Below, piece by piece: positions 1-10,128 of a stretch of DNA of 21,127 nt. The position numbers and the translations under genes are program-made. Positions within the stretch are counted from its first letter, which is position 1. Every line of letters starts with the position of its first letter. The DNA is taken from assembly GCA_900128395.1 (NCBI GenBank), contig LT649236.1, positions 62,001 to 83,127 on the forward strand, given 5' to 3'. Under the pieces are notes generated by a model. The model worked only from the letters and a program-made list of their open reading frames with translations, was not told where the DNA came from and searched no databases. This DNA comes from Stramenopiles sp. TOSAG23-2 (Eukaryota).

Positions 1-744
1 TACATTCTTTTTATTATTGTTTGATGATTTTTCATTTGATGTGTATGGTGGTGGGGGTGGTTGTGGTGATTGCGATTTTTCATTTTTCTTATTGTCATCA
101 GCATTATTATTATTATTATTATTATTATATTTTTTTTCATAATTATTATTATTATTTTTCTTATTATCCATTTCTTCTTTAATTTTCTCTGCACGTGATA
201 ATATCCCAGACAATCTTGTACTATATTTTCTACGATCGTTTTCATTACCTTTCGACAATTTTATAGCATCTAAATAAAATGAAGCAGCTTGTTGGTACAA
301 TTGTAGTGCATTTTCTGTATAATTACCTTGTTCATCTTCAGCTAATGCACTTTCTAGATAAAAGTCTGCCGTGCGTACTACACGTGTTAAATTTTGGATT
401 TTTCCACTATTATTATTATCATCATCATTATCATTATTATTCTTACGTTTTTGTGCATTTGCTAATGTATTTAAATCTGTAATATCTTGCACAAATTCAA
501 TCGTTTTTGATTTTAACAATTCTATTTTACGACCATCTTTTTCTAATTCAGATATTTCTAAAAATATCTGTACACTTTCTTTTAATAATTCACATGCTTG
601 ATAATATTTATGTTTTTTTTTTAATTGATTGGATTTTTCTGCACAATCAAATGCAGTGGTATATAAATATTTCAATCGTTTCGATGGGGATGAAATATCA
701 TTTGGTATACCATCATTGTTATTTTCATTTGAAAACGTCGCCAT
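1..744 (-). CDS. Tandem MIT-domain protein, probable calpain-7/PalB N-terminus (runs off the window start, 3' partial)
   Basis: Hand translation from the ATG at 744 (context TCAAAC ATG G; in-frame TAA upstream at 864-862) stays open to base 1. It reads MATFSNENN...AFDCAEKSNQLKKKHKYYQACELLKESVQIF...RTADFYLESALAEDEQGNYTENALQLYQQAASFYLDAIK...ILSRAEKIKEE. These are two MIT-like three-helix units, and the second resembles the second MIT domain of calpain-7. The ORF track omits it because no stop lies in the window. The protease domain is not visible. Confidence 0.7.
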   Translation of the reverse strand, partial: MATFSNENNNDGIPNDISSPSKRLKYLYTTAFDCAEKSNQLKKKHKYYQACELLKESVQIFLEISELEKDGRKIELLKSKTIEFVQDITDLNTLANAQKRKNNNDNDDDNNNSGKIQNLTRVVRTADFYLESALAEDEQGNYTENALQLYQQAASFYLDAIKLSKGNENDRRKYSTRLSGILSRAEKIKEEMDNKKNNNNNYEKKYNNNNNNNNADDNKKNEKSQSPQPPPPPYTSNEKSSNNNKKNV

Positions 745-1847
745 GTTTGAGGCAGGAATAACAAAGGTGATTGTTGTAGTTGCTTCAGAAATGTATACAT
801 CTTTCTTTTGTTCTTCTTCAATCGGTAATAATACACTGTATAATAAATGTTTTTTTTTTTTTTAGTTAGCAATAATAGTGTTCTAAATGCATAATGTGAA
901 TGATGGACTTTCCTCCACCATCACCACAGCAGCAGCAGCAGAGTAGGTGCACATCACTAAAATCACGGAGACGACAAAAATGTTGATCAATCTTTGAAAT
1001 CATCATCCGTGCATCCGTGTCTGGTGCTCTGTCCGTGTGGAAAATCGCTGGCGGGCTGGTCAAAAGCAGAAGGTGCGCAGCTGGTTTATATAATGCTGTG
1101 TGCTTGTATTTTGATTTATATGGTGGTACTGTAGTGCTATTCATTCTTTATTCGTTCTATATATGAAGACTTTTTTTAAGAAGTGTGGATTTTTCCATTT
1201 AAACCGGCACACTATTGGAACTATTGATTTTTTACTGATTTAGTATATACACAGCATGTAGCATACAGACACCATTAAACAAAATGAAGAAGATGTTTTA
1301 AAAGGATTTATAAAAAGGAGGGGAGATTTGACATCATTACAAATACCATTGTGCAAAGAACGATACAAAAAACATGTAATATATATATTAATAAATGTAA
1401 GATATATATATCTATACACACACAACATCAAACAATTTAATAGAATATACAAATCTTATCAATTGGAAGATATATATATATATATAGAATATTATATTAT
1501 ATTATATCGTAGAATTGATTCGACAGATAGGTGAAATTTCCTAGATTAATCAATGTGGTATCAATCTCCTAAAAGAATAAATCTAACTTGTAAAAGTATA
1601 AGATGATCTTCAAATAATATTATATAAATAATATATTGTTTTATAAATTGTAAATTGTTAAGTTATAGAACTTATACAACTATATAACTCTCTTTTCTCA
1701 TGTACTATTCATGAATGTATGTAATTTGTTTGTATATTTACCAAATTGAATGATTTATAACGGCATTTCATCCAATTTATGGTATTTTAATGCTGTGAAT
1801 ATGGTATCGCAACATTGTGCCTTTTGTTCTCTTTGTTTTATTTAGGT

Positions 1848-1938
1848 ACAATATTGTATTGTTAGAGGTACAGGTATTATATAATCCTCATAGCAGCCAT
1901 ACAATATTGTAAGAGGTATAATCCTCATAGCAGCCATA
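1848..1938. repeat. Degenerate local direct duplication
   Basis: TATAATCCTCATAGCAGCCATA occurs exactly at 1880-1901 and 1917-1938. ACAATATTGTA...AGAGGTA precedes both copies. Confidence 0.85.
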
Positions 1939-2078
1939 TATAGACATATAACATATATAGACACTCTATGTTTCCATCTGTTTTTTTGAACACACAGAAA
2001 AAAAAAGGTAAAAAGTGTGTGCGTCAAAAGTGTGTAAAACAACAAATAAATTTTACACTCTCTTTTTTTATTTTATTT

Positions 2079-2798
2079 TTATAAAAACTCATTACTACTG
2101 CTTGTTGTAGATTTTTTTCGTGGAGAAACAACCGTTGCTCTTCTCGCGTGAGTTTCTTTTCGATCTTGTGATTGTACTTTTGTAGAATCGTTTTGATGTT
2201 TTTTTTGTTGACGTTTCTTTAATCTTTGTTGTAGATGATTTCGTTTTTTTTCCGTTTGAGCTGCTAAAGCTTGTGTGTGTTGATCCGCTGCTTTTTGAGT
2301 GTCTTCCATTAAAACCTCAACTCTTGCTTCTGCATGAATTTTTGATGATTGATCATCCATTATCGTTGCAGTTGCAGACATATGCTGTTTTAAATCTTGT
2401 CTCTTTTGATCAATTTCTCTTTGTAACCGTTCCAGTTCCTCTTTCTTTGATGCTAATTGACCCCGTATATCATTGGTACCAGCCATAAAACGATTCATTT
2501 CACCGATGACTTCCGAAAACACACCTACATCTATAAAACTTAAAAGAAATTCTTTACCACCTTTTGCAGCTGTCAATGTAATTTTAAGTTCCTGTGTATT
2601 TTTTTTACTGAATGTGCTAATACTATTAAATTGTATTGTAATCCTTTTTTTTAGATTATCGCTTACTAACGCTACACCAATATCTTTTAATACTAGAAAA
2701 TGAACAACTTTTGTCGAATTAGGAAGGGAGCCAGGGAAGGGATTTTCTAATACATGGACTAAGCATTCTTTTATATTTCCTTTTGACAATCGGTGCAT
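2079..2798 (-). CDS. Hypothetical protein (239 aa): N-terminal globular, possibly PH-like, region followed by a coiled coil and basic tail
   Basis: The first ATG is at 2798 (the track start at 2801 is TTG; an in-frame TGA lies at 2828). About 100 aa of beta-strand-like segments end in a helix, followed by heptad-like LASKKEELERLQREIDQKRQDLKQ and RNHLQQRLKKRQQKK. The fold assignment is tentative. Confidence 0.7.
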   Translation of the reverse strand: MHRLSKGNIKECLVHVLENPFPGSLPNSTKVVHFLVLKDIGVALVSDNLKKRITIQFNSISTFSKKNTQELKITLTAAKGGKEFLLSFIDVGVFSEVIGEMNRFMAGTNDIRGQLASKKEELERLQREIDQKRQDLKQHMSATATIMDDQSSKIHAEARVEVLMEDTQKAADQHTQALAAQTEKKRNHLQQRLKKRQQKKHQNDSTKVQSQDRKETHARRATVVSPRKKSTTSSSNEFL

Positions 2799-3340
2799 CA
2801 ATAGATTATAATATATTGTAAGCTTTCATGATATGATAATAATAGTGATGAATTATTTAATATTCGTATTTATTTATTTATATATTTTTATATATATTCT
2901 ATCTTATTTTTTTCCCGAACACACACATATACCATGTATATCATTTATACCAATATTTTTACATTTACACATTTACCACAATAAAGAAATACAATTATAT
3001 ATACAGTTATATACCAGGTACAGTGCTACAGTTGTTATACGGATGTGTGCAAAAACAGTAAAACGGCTACTAAAAAAACCTTATATTAATGAAAAAAAAA
3101 CACTTAAAAGCGGCACAATTCGACAAATTTTATTATATTTTTTTATCATCATAACAACATATATTATGCACACATCATAGTATCATTGGAATCATAGAAG
3201 AAAAAAAATAAAATGTTGAATGGAGCGAGAGAAAGGGAAAAACTATCAATATCACGTTTGATTAATTTTTTTATTTATTAAGCCCGTACTAGATTGTTGT
3301 TGTTGTTTATTTCATTTGTCACACACAACGATAAATAATT

Positions 3341-5592
3341 ATGTCAAAAGTTGTTGCATTTGCACGTGCTTCCTACCCATGCGAAGCAGATACAGACCAT
3401 GAATTATCATTTATACGTGGGGACGTATTGGATATATATGAAATTGGTGATGATGGTTGGTGGACTGCAGCATTGGGAAATAATAGAGGATTAGTGCCAC
3501 AACAATATATTAAACCTGTACAAACGCTTGATACGCTATTGCATTTCATCCGGTTGTACCATTCCAATGTAAATAATATTTTTGCCGAAAAAAATATTAA
3601 TCAACAATTTGTACAACAAGTGAAACAAGTTGTTACTGGTGGTATGAAACATTTAGTATTGGTTCAAAGTTTATATAATTGCAACCCATATGCACTTGCA
3701 CAAGCTGTAAAAGATGAATTAAAAAGGCAAAAAAATCCATTGATACCATCATCTTTGTATAACACATTAGTAGCTATAGATAAAAGCTTAGGAGGCGTTG
3801 GATATGATCAGGATATTATTGGTCCTCTGGGTAACTTATTGAAAACGAAAATCGCTAACTTGCCATATTTGACTTTATCAGCACTATTTCGCACACTTGG
3901 GTCATTAAGTAATACGGATAGAAATATATTAGCATATTCATTTGGTCCATTAATATTACACCCGGAAGTACAAAATCTAGATACATTAATGAAACATCAA
4001 AAAGTTGTGAATAATTTTACATTATTTCTTATAGAAAATGCAGGTCGTATATTCAATGTACCAATGATTCGATTGAATAATAATAATAATAATAATAATA
4101 GTACCAGTAATCTGATGAGCAACATGATGAATAATAATAATATGGCAATCAACAACAATAACAATGCACCTCCATTACGAAAAAAACCTTCAAAGCAAAA
4201 TCATGTATTGCAACCACAACCACAACAACAACAACAGCAGCAGCAGCAACAACAACGAGTTTATCGGAATAGTGCTGGTAGTAATAATAGCAGTAGCAGC
4301 ACGTTATTCAATGATGATATACCTATGGTTTCTCCATCGTCAATTAGTCGAGAAGCTTCTTCCAATTCATTGAGAGATTCAATAATTACCCTAGAGCCTA
4401 TTCAGATGGATGTACAATCATCTAATGATAATTATCTTCAACCGCCTCCAACAACGGTTATGCAACCAATGAATGTCAGTGTACCTCAACAACAAAGACA
4501 ATCACCTAAACCAGCCCCGCCACCAAGAAATGCACCGACACCACCAACACGAACGGTTATGCAACCAATGAATGCCAGTGTGCCTCAACAACAAAGACAA
4601 TCATCTAAACCAACTCCGCCACCAAGGAAAGCACCTACACCACCAACACGAACGGTAAACAAACCAACACCACCAATACGAACAGTAAACAAACCAGTAC
4701 CACCCAAAAGAACAATAAATGCACCACAACGTTCTGGCTCCAATGAGATGAACCGACCACCTGCACGTTCTGCACCAAAGCGACCTACACCAAAAAAGAG
4801 AAATTCAAATGATAACGATATTAATAATAACATAGCAACGACACGGTCAAGTCCAATTAACAACAATAAAGTATATTCGGATGATAAACCACCAACACCT
4901 AAACCAAGGAAACACAAACCAAGTATTGATAATAACATGAAAGTATCACCTGTAAAAACCGAGGATCAGCAGGCTGGACGTCAAACAAGAGCTACTAATT
5001 TTTCGGCTACAAAAAATATGTTTAATGGAAAGCAAAGACAGCAGCAGCAACAAGAAGCGAAGAAAACGCATGCTATCAGTCCATCATCACGAACAAATAA
5101 AGCAGATTTTTTAGCAAAAGCAAATATGTTCAACAAGCCAAAAAATCAAGTACAGAAAACACAGCAGGTAGTGAAAAAACATGCAGTCAGTCCATCATCA
5201 CGGACAAATAAAGCGGCTTTTATAGCAAAAGCTAATATGTTTGATAATAAACAATCGAAAGTAGTGAAAGAGAAACCAAAGCCACAACCAAAAAGTAACA
5301 ATTCTGCGGCATTCAAAGCAAGAGCAAATATGTTCAATTCAAAGCCAACAGCAGTAGCAGCAGAGCAAAAGCCTGTACATCCTAAACAACAACAGCAAAA
5401 AAAAGTAGTTCCTAAAAAGAAACAAGTGCAACAGCAACAGCGAGTTGTTTCCCCAATTCTCCCAGAACCGTCTAATAATCAAATTACAACATCTTCTACT
5501 CGTGGTGGTGTTAGCAGTCAAGGAAATGCAAGTCCTCCACAGCCTACGAGAAACAATAATAATTTTGCACGCCCACCATATCCTATGAGCAG

Positions 5593-5634
<42 letters not shown>

Positions 5635-6613
5635 GCCAGTTCCACAACATCCTGCAAGAATTAATAATATTGGACGACCACCACCGCCATTACCATTACC
5701 AGCACACCCTATTGCACGAATGCCGCCACCATTACCAATTCAGAGAAACAACAACCCACCACCACTGCCAGTGCCAGCAAAAAATACTAACAATAATATG
5801 AAAAATCGTGCCCCGGTTATGCAAGTTGGAAATTTATTAGCCGAGATTCGTGCAGGTAAAAACTTGAAAAAAACGAAGGTAAATTCAAGTAATGGTGGTA
5901 AAAAAAAAGTAAAAAAACAAGTCGGTGGAGGAGGGGGCATTATGGCTCAAATGTTGCGGCGACAGCAAGAAATTAAAGCAAAACAACGAAATAGAAAAGG
6001 GGGCAAACGTTTAACAGGCATAGGAGGTAGTTTTCTGAACAAGAGCAATAATGACGATAGCGATAATAGTGTTGTTAAGAAATCGTTAAAGAAGAAAAGT
6101 GCACCAGTAGTACCTAAGAGAAAATCAACTTTAAAAGGCCGTGGAAAACCCATTCCACCAAAAAGATCTGTATATGGTAAATCTAATAATAAGCCTGCAC
6201 GTCCATCGCCAAAACATCCATCATCAATTAATAATAACATTAGAAACATGCCCCAAATGCCAAGAGGTGTCATGCCACGACCAATGCCAATGGGAAGACC
6301 ACCACCACCATTGCCAATGAGTAGTGGAAGACCGCCGCCACCATTACCAATGAATAGTGGAAGGCCGCCTGCACCTCGTCCTATGATGACAGGTGGTATG
6401 AACTCGTTACTAGCAGAAATCCAAAGAGGAAAAAAGTTGAAATCTGTTAAAACTACAACAAAGAGCGATGGTGATAATAAAAAAAGTAATAAAAAAGCTG
6501 TTGGTGGTGGTGGAGGGGGTTTGATGGCTCAAATGTTACTTAGACAGCAACAAATGAAATCGAAACGAAAGAAACGAAAAGGTGGAAAAAGATTGACTGG
6601 AATTGATTTTTAA
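3341..6613 (+). CDS. SH3 + RhoGAP-like + proline-rich + two WH2 motifs; putative actin regulator (1090 aa)
   Basis: SH3: ARASYPCEADTDHELSF..GD...GWW......GLVPQQYI. RhoGAP-like: ALAQAVKDELKRQKNPLIP...LAYSFGPLIL...FLIENAGRIF. Poly-Pro tracts follow. WH2 motifs: NLLAEIRAGKNLKKT and SLLAEIQRGKKLKSV. Confidence 0.88.
4454..4651 (+). repeat. In-frame 99-bp tandem duplication (33 aa unit TVMQPMN.SVPQQQRQS.KP.PPPR.APTPPTR)
   Basis: Two highly similar units start at 4454 and 4553, followed by shorter TVNKP.PP.R repeats. Confidence 0.9.
5594..5632 (+). repeat. (AAT)13 microsatellite encoding poly-Asn
   Basis: Pure AAT run inside the CDS. Confidence 0.9.
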
Positions 6614-6815
6614 AAAGAAAGAAAAAAGAAACGTAAAAACGTTTGTACGAATCGTATATACTCGTATCATACGTATTTATATTAAAAAATATTTTTTGCT
6701 TATTTTAGATATATAATAAACACACACACACACTATCTCAATTTTAGCACAACCAGAAATGCTAATTCCTGCCGTATGCCCCCCCCCGTGTATATATTAT
6801 ATATATATACGCGCT

Positions 6816-7886
6816 TTATTGTTGTGATTTTAAATATAAATCAACTTTTGATAAACCCCATGAAGCACCACCTAAATTAGTTTCTGCATTTTTACCTAAT
6901 TTAGTTCCAAAAGTTACTTTAAGAGTATCTGATGAATGCTTTGCTGTAATATCTATTGGTACAGAAAATTTCATTTCAACAACTTGCTCGTCGCCACATA
7001 CATTCACACCACTTGCTTTTTTACTAGTTGAAGCAGCTGCACTGTATGATTGTGTCCATACGTATTCACTTTCTGGAACACCTTGTGCATTTGGTGCACC
7101 TGTACTAACTTTTAAATATGCATATTCACCCATCCATAAATCTATCATATGAAACGTTGCAATAATACGTATTGCACTATGTTTTCTTAATCCTGTATAT
7201 GTTTTGGAAATTTCACCAACGGTGAACGCACCAGGGCCACCAAGCATGGTGACACCACCACAACTTTGTATTTCCATATCCATACTAGCATGTTCTGCTT
7301 CCCAACCACGTGTACTATTTTTACTTTTACCTCTTGCAATATCAAAAGTATCGGTGACTGCTACACCCCATTGTAACATAGGACCAACTGCATAACCTTC
7401 AGCTGCATCCACATCTTTTCCTTTCAATACTTTGGTATTGGTTTTTACACTATTGCCTTTCACAGCTAAATATGGACTTTCTTTATCACCTTGTCTAATA
7501 TTGAACTCCCCTTCACTATTTGCACTAATGGAATAACTTTTTTCTACAACTCTTCCTAAACGTAAAGTAGCACTTTTACCAACTGGAGCGGATAATTTTA
7601 ATTCACCAACACCAGCTACATTGCCTTTGGCATCCACCTTGTGTTCCTCAACTTCTACGAAGGATAATGGTGTTTGTTGTGCAAGTTCTTCAACTTCCAT
7701 GATCGTTCTTTTAGTACATACACCTTTCGTTGCTTTCTCTCCACCAGCTGTAAAACATAATTCTCGTTGTGAACAGTCCGAATGTTTAGCACATGGTGCC
7801 ATTTCTGTACCATTAACGTTGGATACAACTACTATACATAATATGAACGCGATATTCGCAACAATGGCTAACATGTTATTTTTCAT
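6816..7886 (-). CDS. Secreted protein: signal peptide, small Cys-rich module, C-terminal domain resembling ciliate PCM4-related proteins (356 aa)
   Basis: Hydrophobic N-terminus (LAIVANIAFILCIVVVS), then CAKHSDCSQRELC...GVC. The C-terminal pattern is CGGVTMLGG..ISKTY..L..H..IRI...F..ID.W.GE...NVCG...H....L.VTF...SWG. I recall this pattern from alveolate extracellular proteins; the family call is from memory. Confidence 0.7.
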   Translation of the reverse strand: MKNNMLAIVANIAFILCIVVVSNVNGTEMAPCAKHSDCSQRELCFTAGGEKATKGVCTKRTIMEVEELAQQTPLSFVEVEEHKVDAKGNVAGVGELKLSAPVGKSATLRLGRVVEKSYSISANSEGEFNIRQGDKESPYLAVKGNSVKTNTKVLKGKDVDAAEGYAVGPMLQWGVAVTDTFDIARGKSKNSTRGWEAEHASMDMEIQSCGGVTMLGGPGAFTVGEISKTYTGLRKHSAIRIIATFHMIDLWMGEYAYLKVSTGAPNAQGVPESEYVWTQSYSAAASTSKKASGVNVCGDEQVVEMKFSVPIDITAKHSSDTLKVTFGTKLGKNAETNLGGASWGLSKVDLYLKSQQ

Positions 7887-8089
7887 GATTCTTATAAATA
7901 TGAATATTATATATAAATATATATATAATATAATATATATATATGATGATGATAATGTTGATGAATATGATCTGTGTATCTCCTATTTATATTTTCTATT
8001 CCATTGATCTTAATTGATGATTTCTATTCCGCCCTCTTTTTTTTACTTCCTTTTCTTTTGTTCACACTTCGTTATAGTCACTTGTAGTC

Positions 8090-8292
8090 TAAGAAATCCT
8101 TTTACTCCTATCAATCCTCAGAAACTAAGACTCTTACCTCTTACACCTAACGTAGTGTGCTAGTATTCAATTCTATCAATGTAACATGTTTTTAAAAAAT
8201 ATTCTAATTGGTAAGAAATCCTTTTTACTCCTATCAATCTTCAGAAACTTACAGTAGACCTCTCACCTAACGTAGTGTTTAAAAAATATTCT
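8090..8292. repeat. Imperfect direct duplication (two copies starting 122 bp apart) in a divergent intergenic region
   Basis: TAAGAAATCCTTTT(T)ACTCCTATCAATC.TCAGAAACT...CACCTAACGTAGTGT occurs at 8090-8158 and 8212-8278. Each copy is later followed by TTTAAAAAATATTCT. Confidence 0.9.
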
Positions 8293-8444
8293 CGATGCTA
8301 CATTGATGTTATTATATACCAGGTATTTAGCATTGGCGCTCAGCATAACCAGCAGAGAACCATCATCAATCCAAGAAGAGCAACAAGAAGTGCATGCAAG
8401 TGGCCAATTGAAGATGATATTAAAAAAATAGAAAAGCAGAACAA

Positions 8445-8447
<3 letters not shown>

Positions 8448-8475
<28 letters not shown>
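8448..8475. repeat. (GT)14 microsatellite
   Basis: Pure GT run about 75 nt upstream of the likely BPI/LBP start codon. Confidence 0.9.
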
Positions 8476-8479
<4 letters not shown>

Positions 8480-8550
8480 CATGTGTATATGGATCGACAG
8501 CGAACTACAACAACGACATTAACAACAACAACATTAAGAAGAAAAACAGG

Positions 8551-10128
8551 ATGATGAAATATATAATATTATTTATTACTTATTATTACATATTATCCAT
8601 CAATTCCATCACAGTATCGGCGCAAAAACCTGCTGCAGATTATGTTGGATTACGGTTATTTTTAACTGAAAAAGGATTTGGTTATCTAGAATCGGTTGCT
8701 AAACAACTTATACTTAAAGATTTGCAAAATATTACCATACCGGATGTAAATTTCGATAAGGATGGTTTCAAAGGATCATTATCTGGGTTAAAATGTACAA
8801 ATTTTGCTTTGGAAAATTTAACATTGGAAGCAACAAAAGAAAATTCTGTTGAGTTGGATGTAAATGGATTAGGTGTGAAATGCAGTGGTAACTGGAAGTA
8901 TAAGTTAAAAAGTTGGCCACATATACCAAAAGGTCACGGTACTGTAGATATTAGTGTTGGTGGCGGCTCTTCAATGATGGCAGAAATTGATATCAGCAAC
9001 AACAATGAAAACAATACAGTAATTAAGCCAGGGAATTGTAAAACAAATGTTGATATTACAAATTTACATTTCTCCGGAGGTATCTCTGGAGCTATCTTAA
9101 ATTTATTGAAGAAATTAATACAAAAAAGTGTTCAATCAACAATTGATTCAGAAATTTGTAAAACAATTGATAATGTCGTTTCAACGAATTTGCAACCAAT
9201 GTTTCAAAAACCACCATTGCAATGGCTTGCATGTGGCGTCGTTGAATCTGCACTATTTTGCGACATTGCTTTCCCAATCAATGGATTAGTGCCGCCGCAA
9301 GGCTTCCCTATTCCAAATCTTCCAGTACCAAACCAAGAAATATTAAATGCAAAAGAACTTTTATTTGTATTAGATACATTTCCATTGAATAATATATTTT
9401 ATATTATATGGAATGCTGGAATTTTGGATGTTATCGTAACACCAGATATGGTACCTGCTTCGTTACCAATACAATTAAATACAAGTACATTTAGTACAAT
9501 TGCACCTGGAATGTTTAAAAAATGGCCAAATGAAGCAATGGATTTAGAAATGAATGTATCTTCAAGGCCAATCGTTACGGCAGGTAATGGTGCAGGTAAT
9601 ATTACCATACCGATGGAATTTACTTTCAATGTATTAGATCAACAAACTGGTGTTCAATTTGGATTTTCTGAGCAGTGTCCATTGACCATATCACTAGCAT
9701 TAGGAATAAAAAAAAACACTACCAGTCCTACTGCTGGCGAAATTTTATTTGGTGAAATCAAAGATTTTGAATGTGTTTTAACGTTAGTACGTTCAGCTGT
9801 TGGTGATATTGTTACAGATGATCTTAACGCATTGCTTTCTGCTGCTCTTTCATTAGCTGCTTCAGCTGTGAATAAAAAATTAGAAGCTGGTTTTGGTTTC
9901 CCAAGTAATTTTGGAAAAGTTTCATTAAGCAATAGTTCAATATTATATTATGAAGGTACACCAGATTTTTATGCATTAGGAACCGATGTTGTTTACAATG
10001 GCATCGTAGATAATGCTGGAAGCGATTTATCAAGTAGCTTCAAATTAATGATCGAAAAAATCTTTATGGAGTATCCAAAAATCATCAGAAAATTGATATC
10101 GATGCGAGTGAATAAATTTTTTGAATAA
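8551..10128 (+). CDS. BPI/LBP/CETP (TULIP) family secreted lipid-binding protein (525 aa)
   Basis: The ATG at 8551 gives the signal peptide MMKYIILFITYYYILSINSITVSA. GLRLFLTEKGFGYL...LQNITIPD matches the BPI N-terminal motif. The cysteine pair NCK...LHFSGG...LLNL...EIC matches the BPI N-domain disulfide region. LNTSTFSTIAPGMFKKWPN matches the C-domain. Confidence 0.88.
   Translation: MMKYIILFITYYYILSINSITVSAQKPAADYVGLRLFLTEKGFGYLESVAKQLILKDLQNITIPDVNFDKDGFKGSLSGLKCTNFALENLTLEATKENSVELDVNGLGVKCSGNWKYKLKSWPHIPKGHGTVDISVGGGSSMMAEIDISNNNENNTVIKPGNCKTNVDITNLHFSGGISGAILNLLKKLIQKSVQSTIDSEICKTIDNVVSTNLQPMFQKPPLQWLACGVVESALFCDIAFPINGLVPPQGFPIPNLPVPNQEILNAKELLFVLDTFPLNNIFYIIWNAGILDVIVTPDMVPASLPIQLNTSTFSTIAPGMFKKWPNEAMDLEMNVSSRPIVTAGNGAGNITIPMEFTFNVLDQQTGVQFGFSEQCPLTISLALGIKKNTTSPTAGEILFGEIKDFECVLTLVRSAVGDIVTDDLNALLSAALSLAASAVNKKLEAGFGFPSNFGKVSLSNSSILYYEGTPDFYALGTDVVYNGIVDNAGSDLSSSFKLMIEKIFMEYPKIIRKLISMRVNKFFE

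Noticed and set aside
613..622. Possible frameshift at the A10 run in the MIT gene
   Set aside because: On recounting, TTA AAA AAA AAA CAT stays in frame and the ORF is intact to base 1.
930..1010. Possible C/D snoRNA (ATGATGA on the minus strand)
   Set aside because: No CTGA D box at a suitable distance and no terminal stem.
1880..1938. CRISPR-like repeat-spacer-repeat
   Set aside because: Only two 22-nt copies with a 15-nt gap that is itself part of the duplication. The context is eukaryotic and there are no cas genes.
2833..3180. 115-aa ORF and similar Ile/Tyr-rich intergenic ORFs (1240-1534, 16598-16789, 20576-20972)
   Set aside because: They are translations of AT-rich, low-complexity spacer DNA with no recognisable motif.
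6779..6813. C9 run and (TA)n-based hairpin just past the stop of the 356-aa gene
   Set aside because: The self-complementarity is largely a by-product of the TA repeat, and a single G run cannot support an intramolecular quadruplex call.
8275..8550. N-terminal extension of the BPI ORF given by the track
   Set aside because: It starts at GTG, translates a GT microsatellite (CVCVCV) and would bury the signal peptide. The ATG at 8551 fits better.
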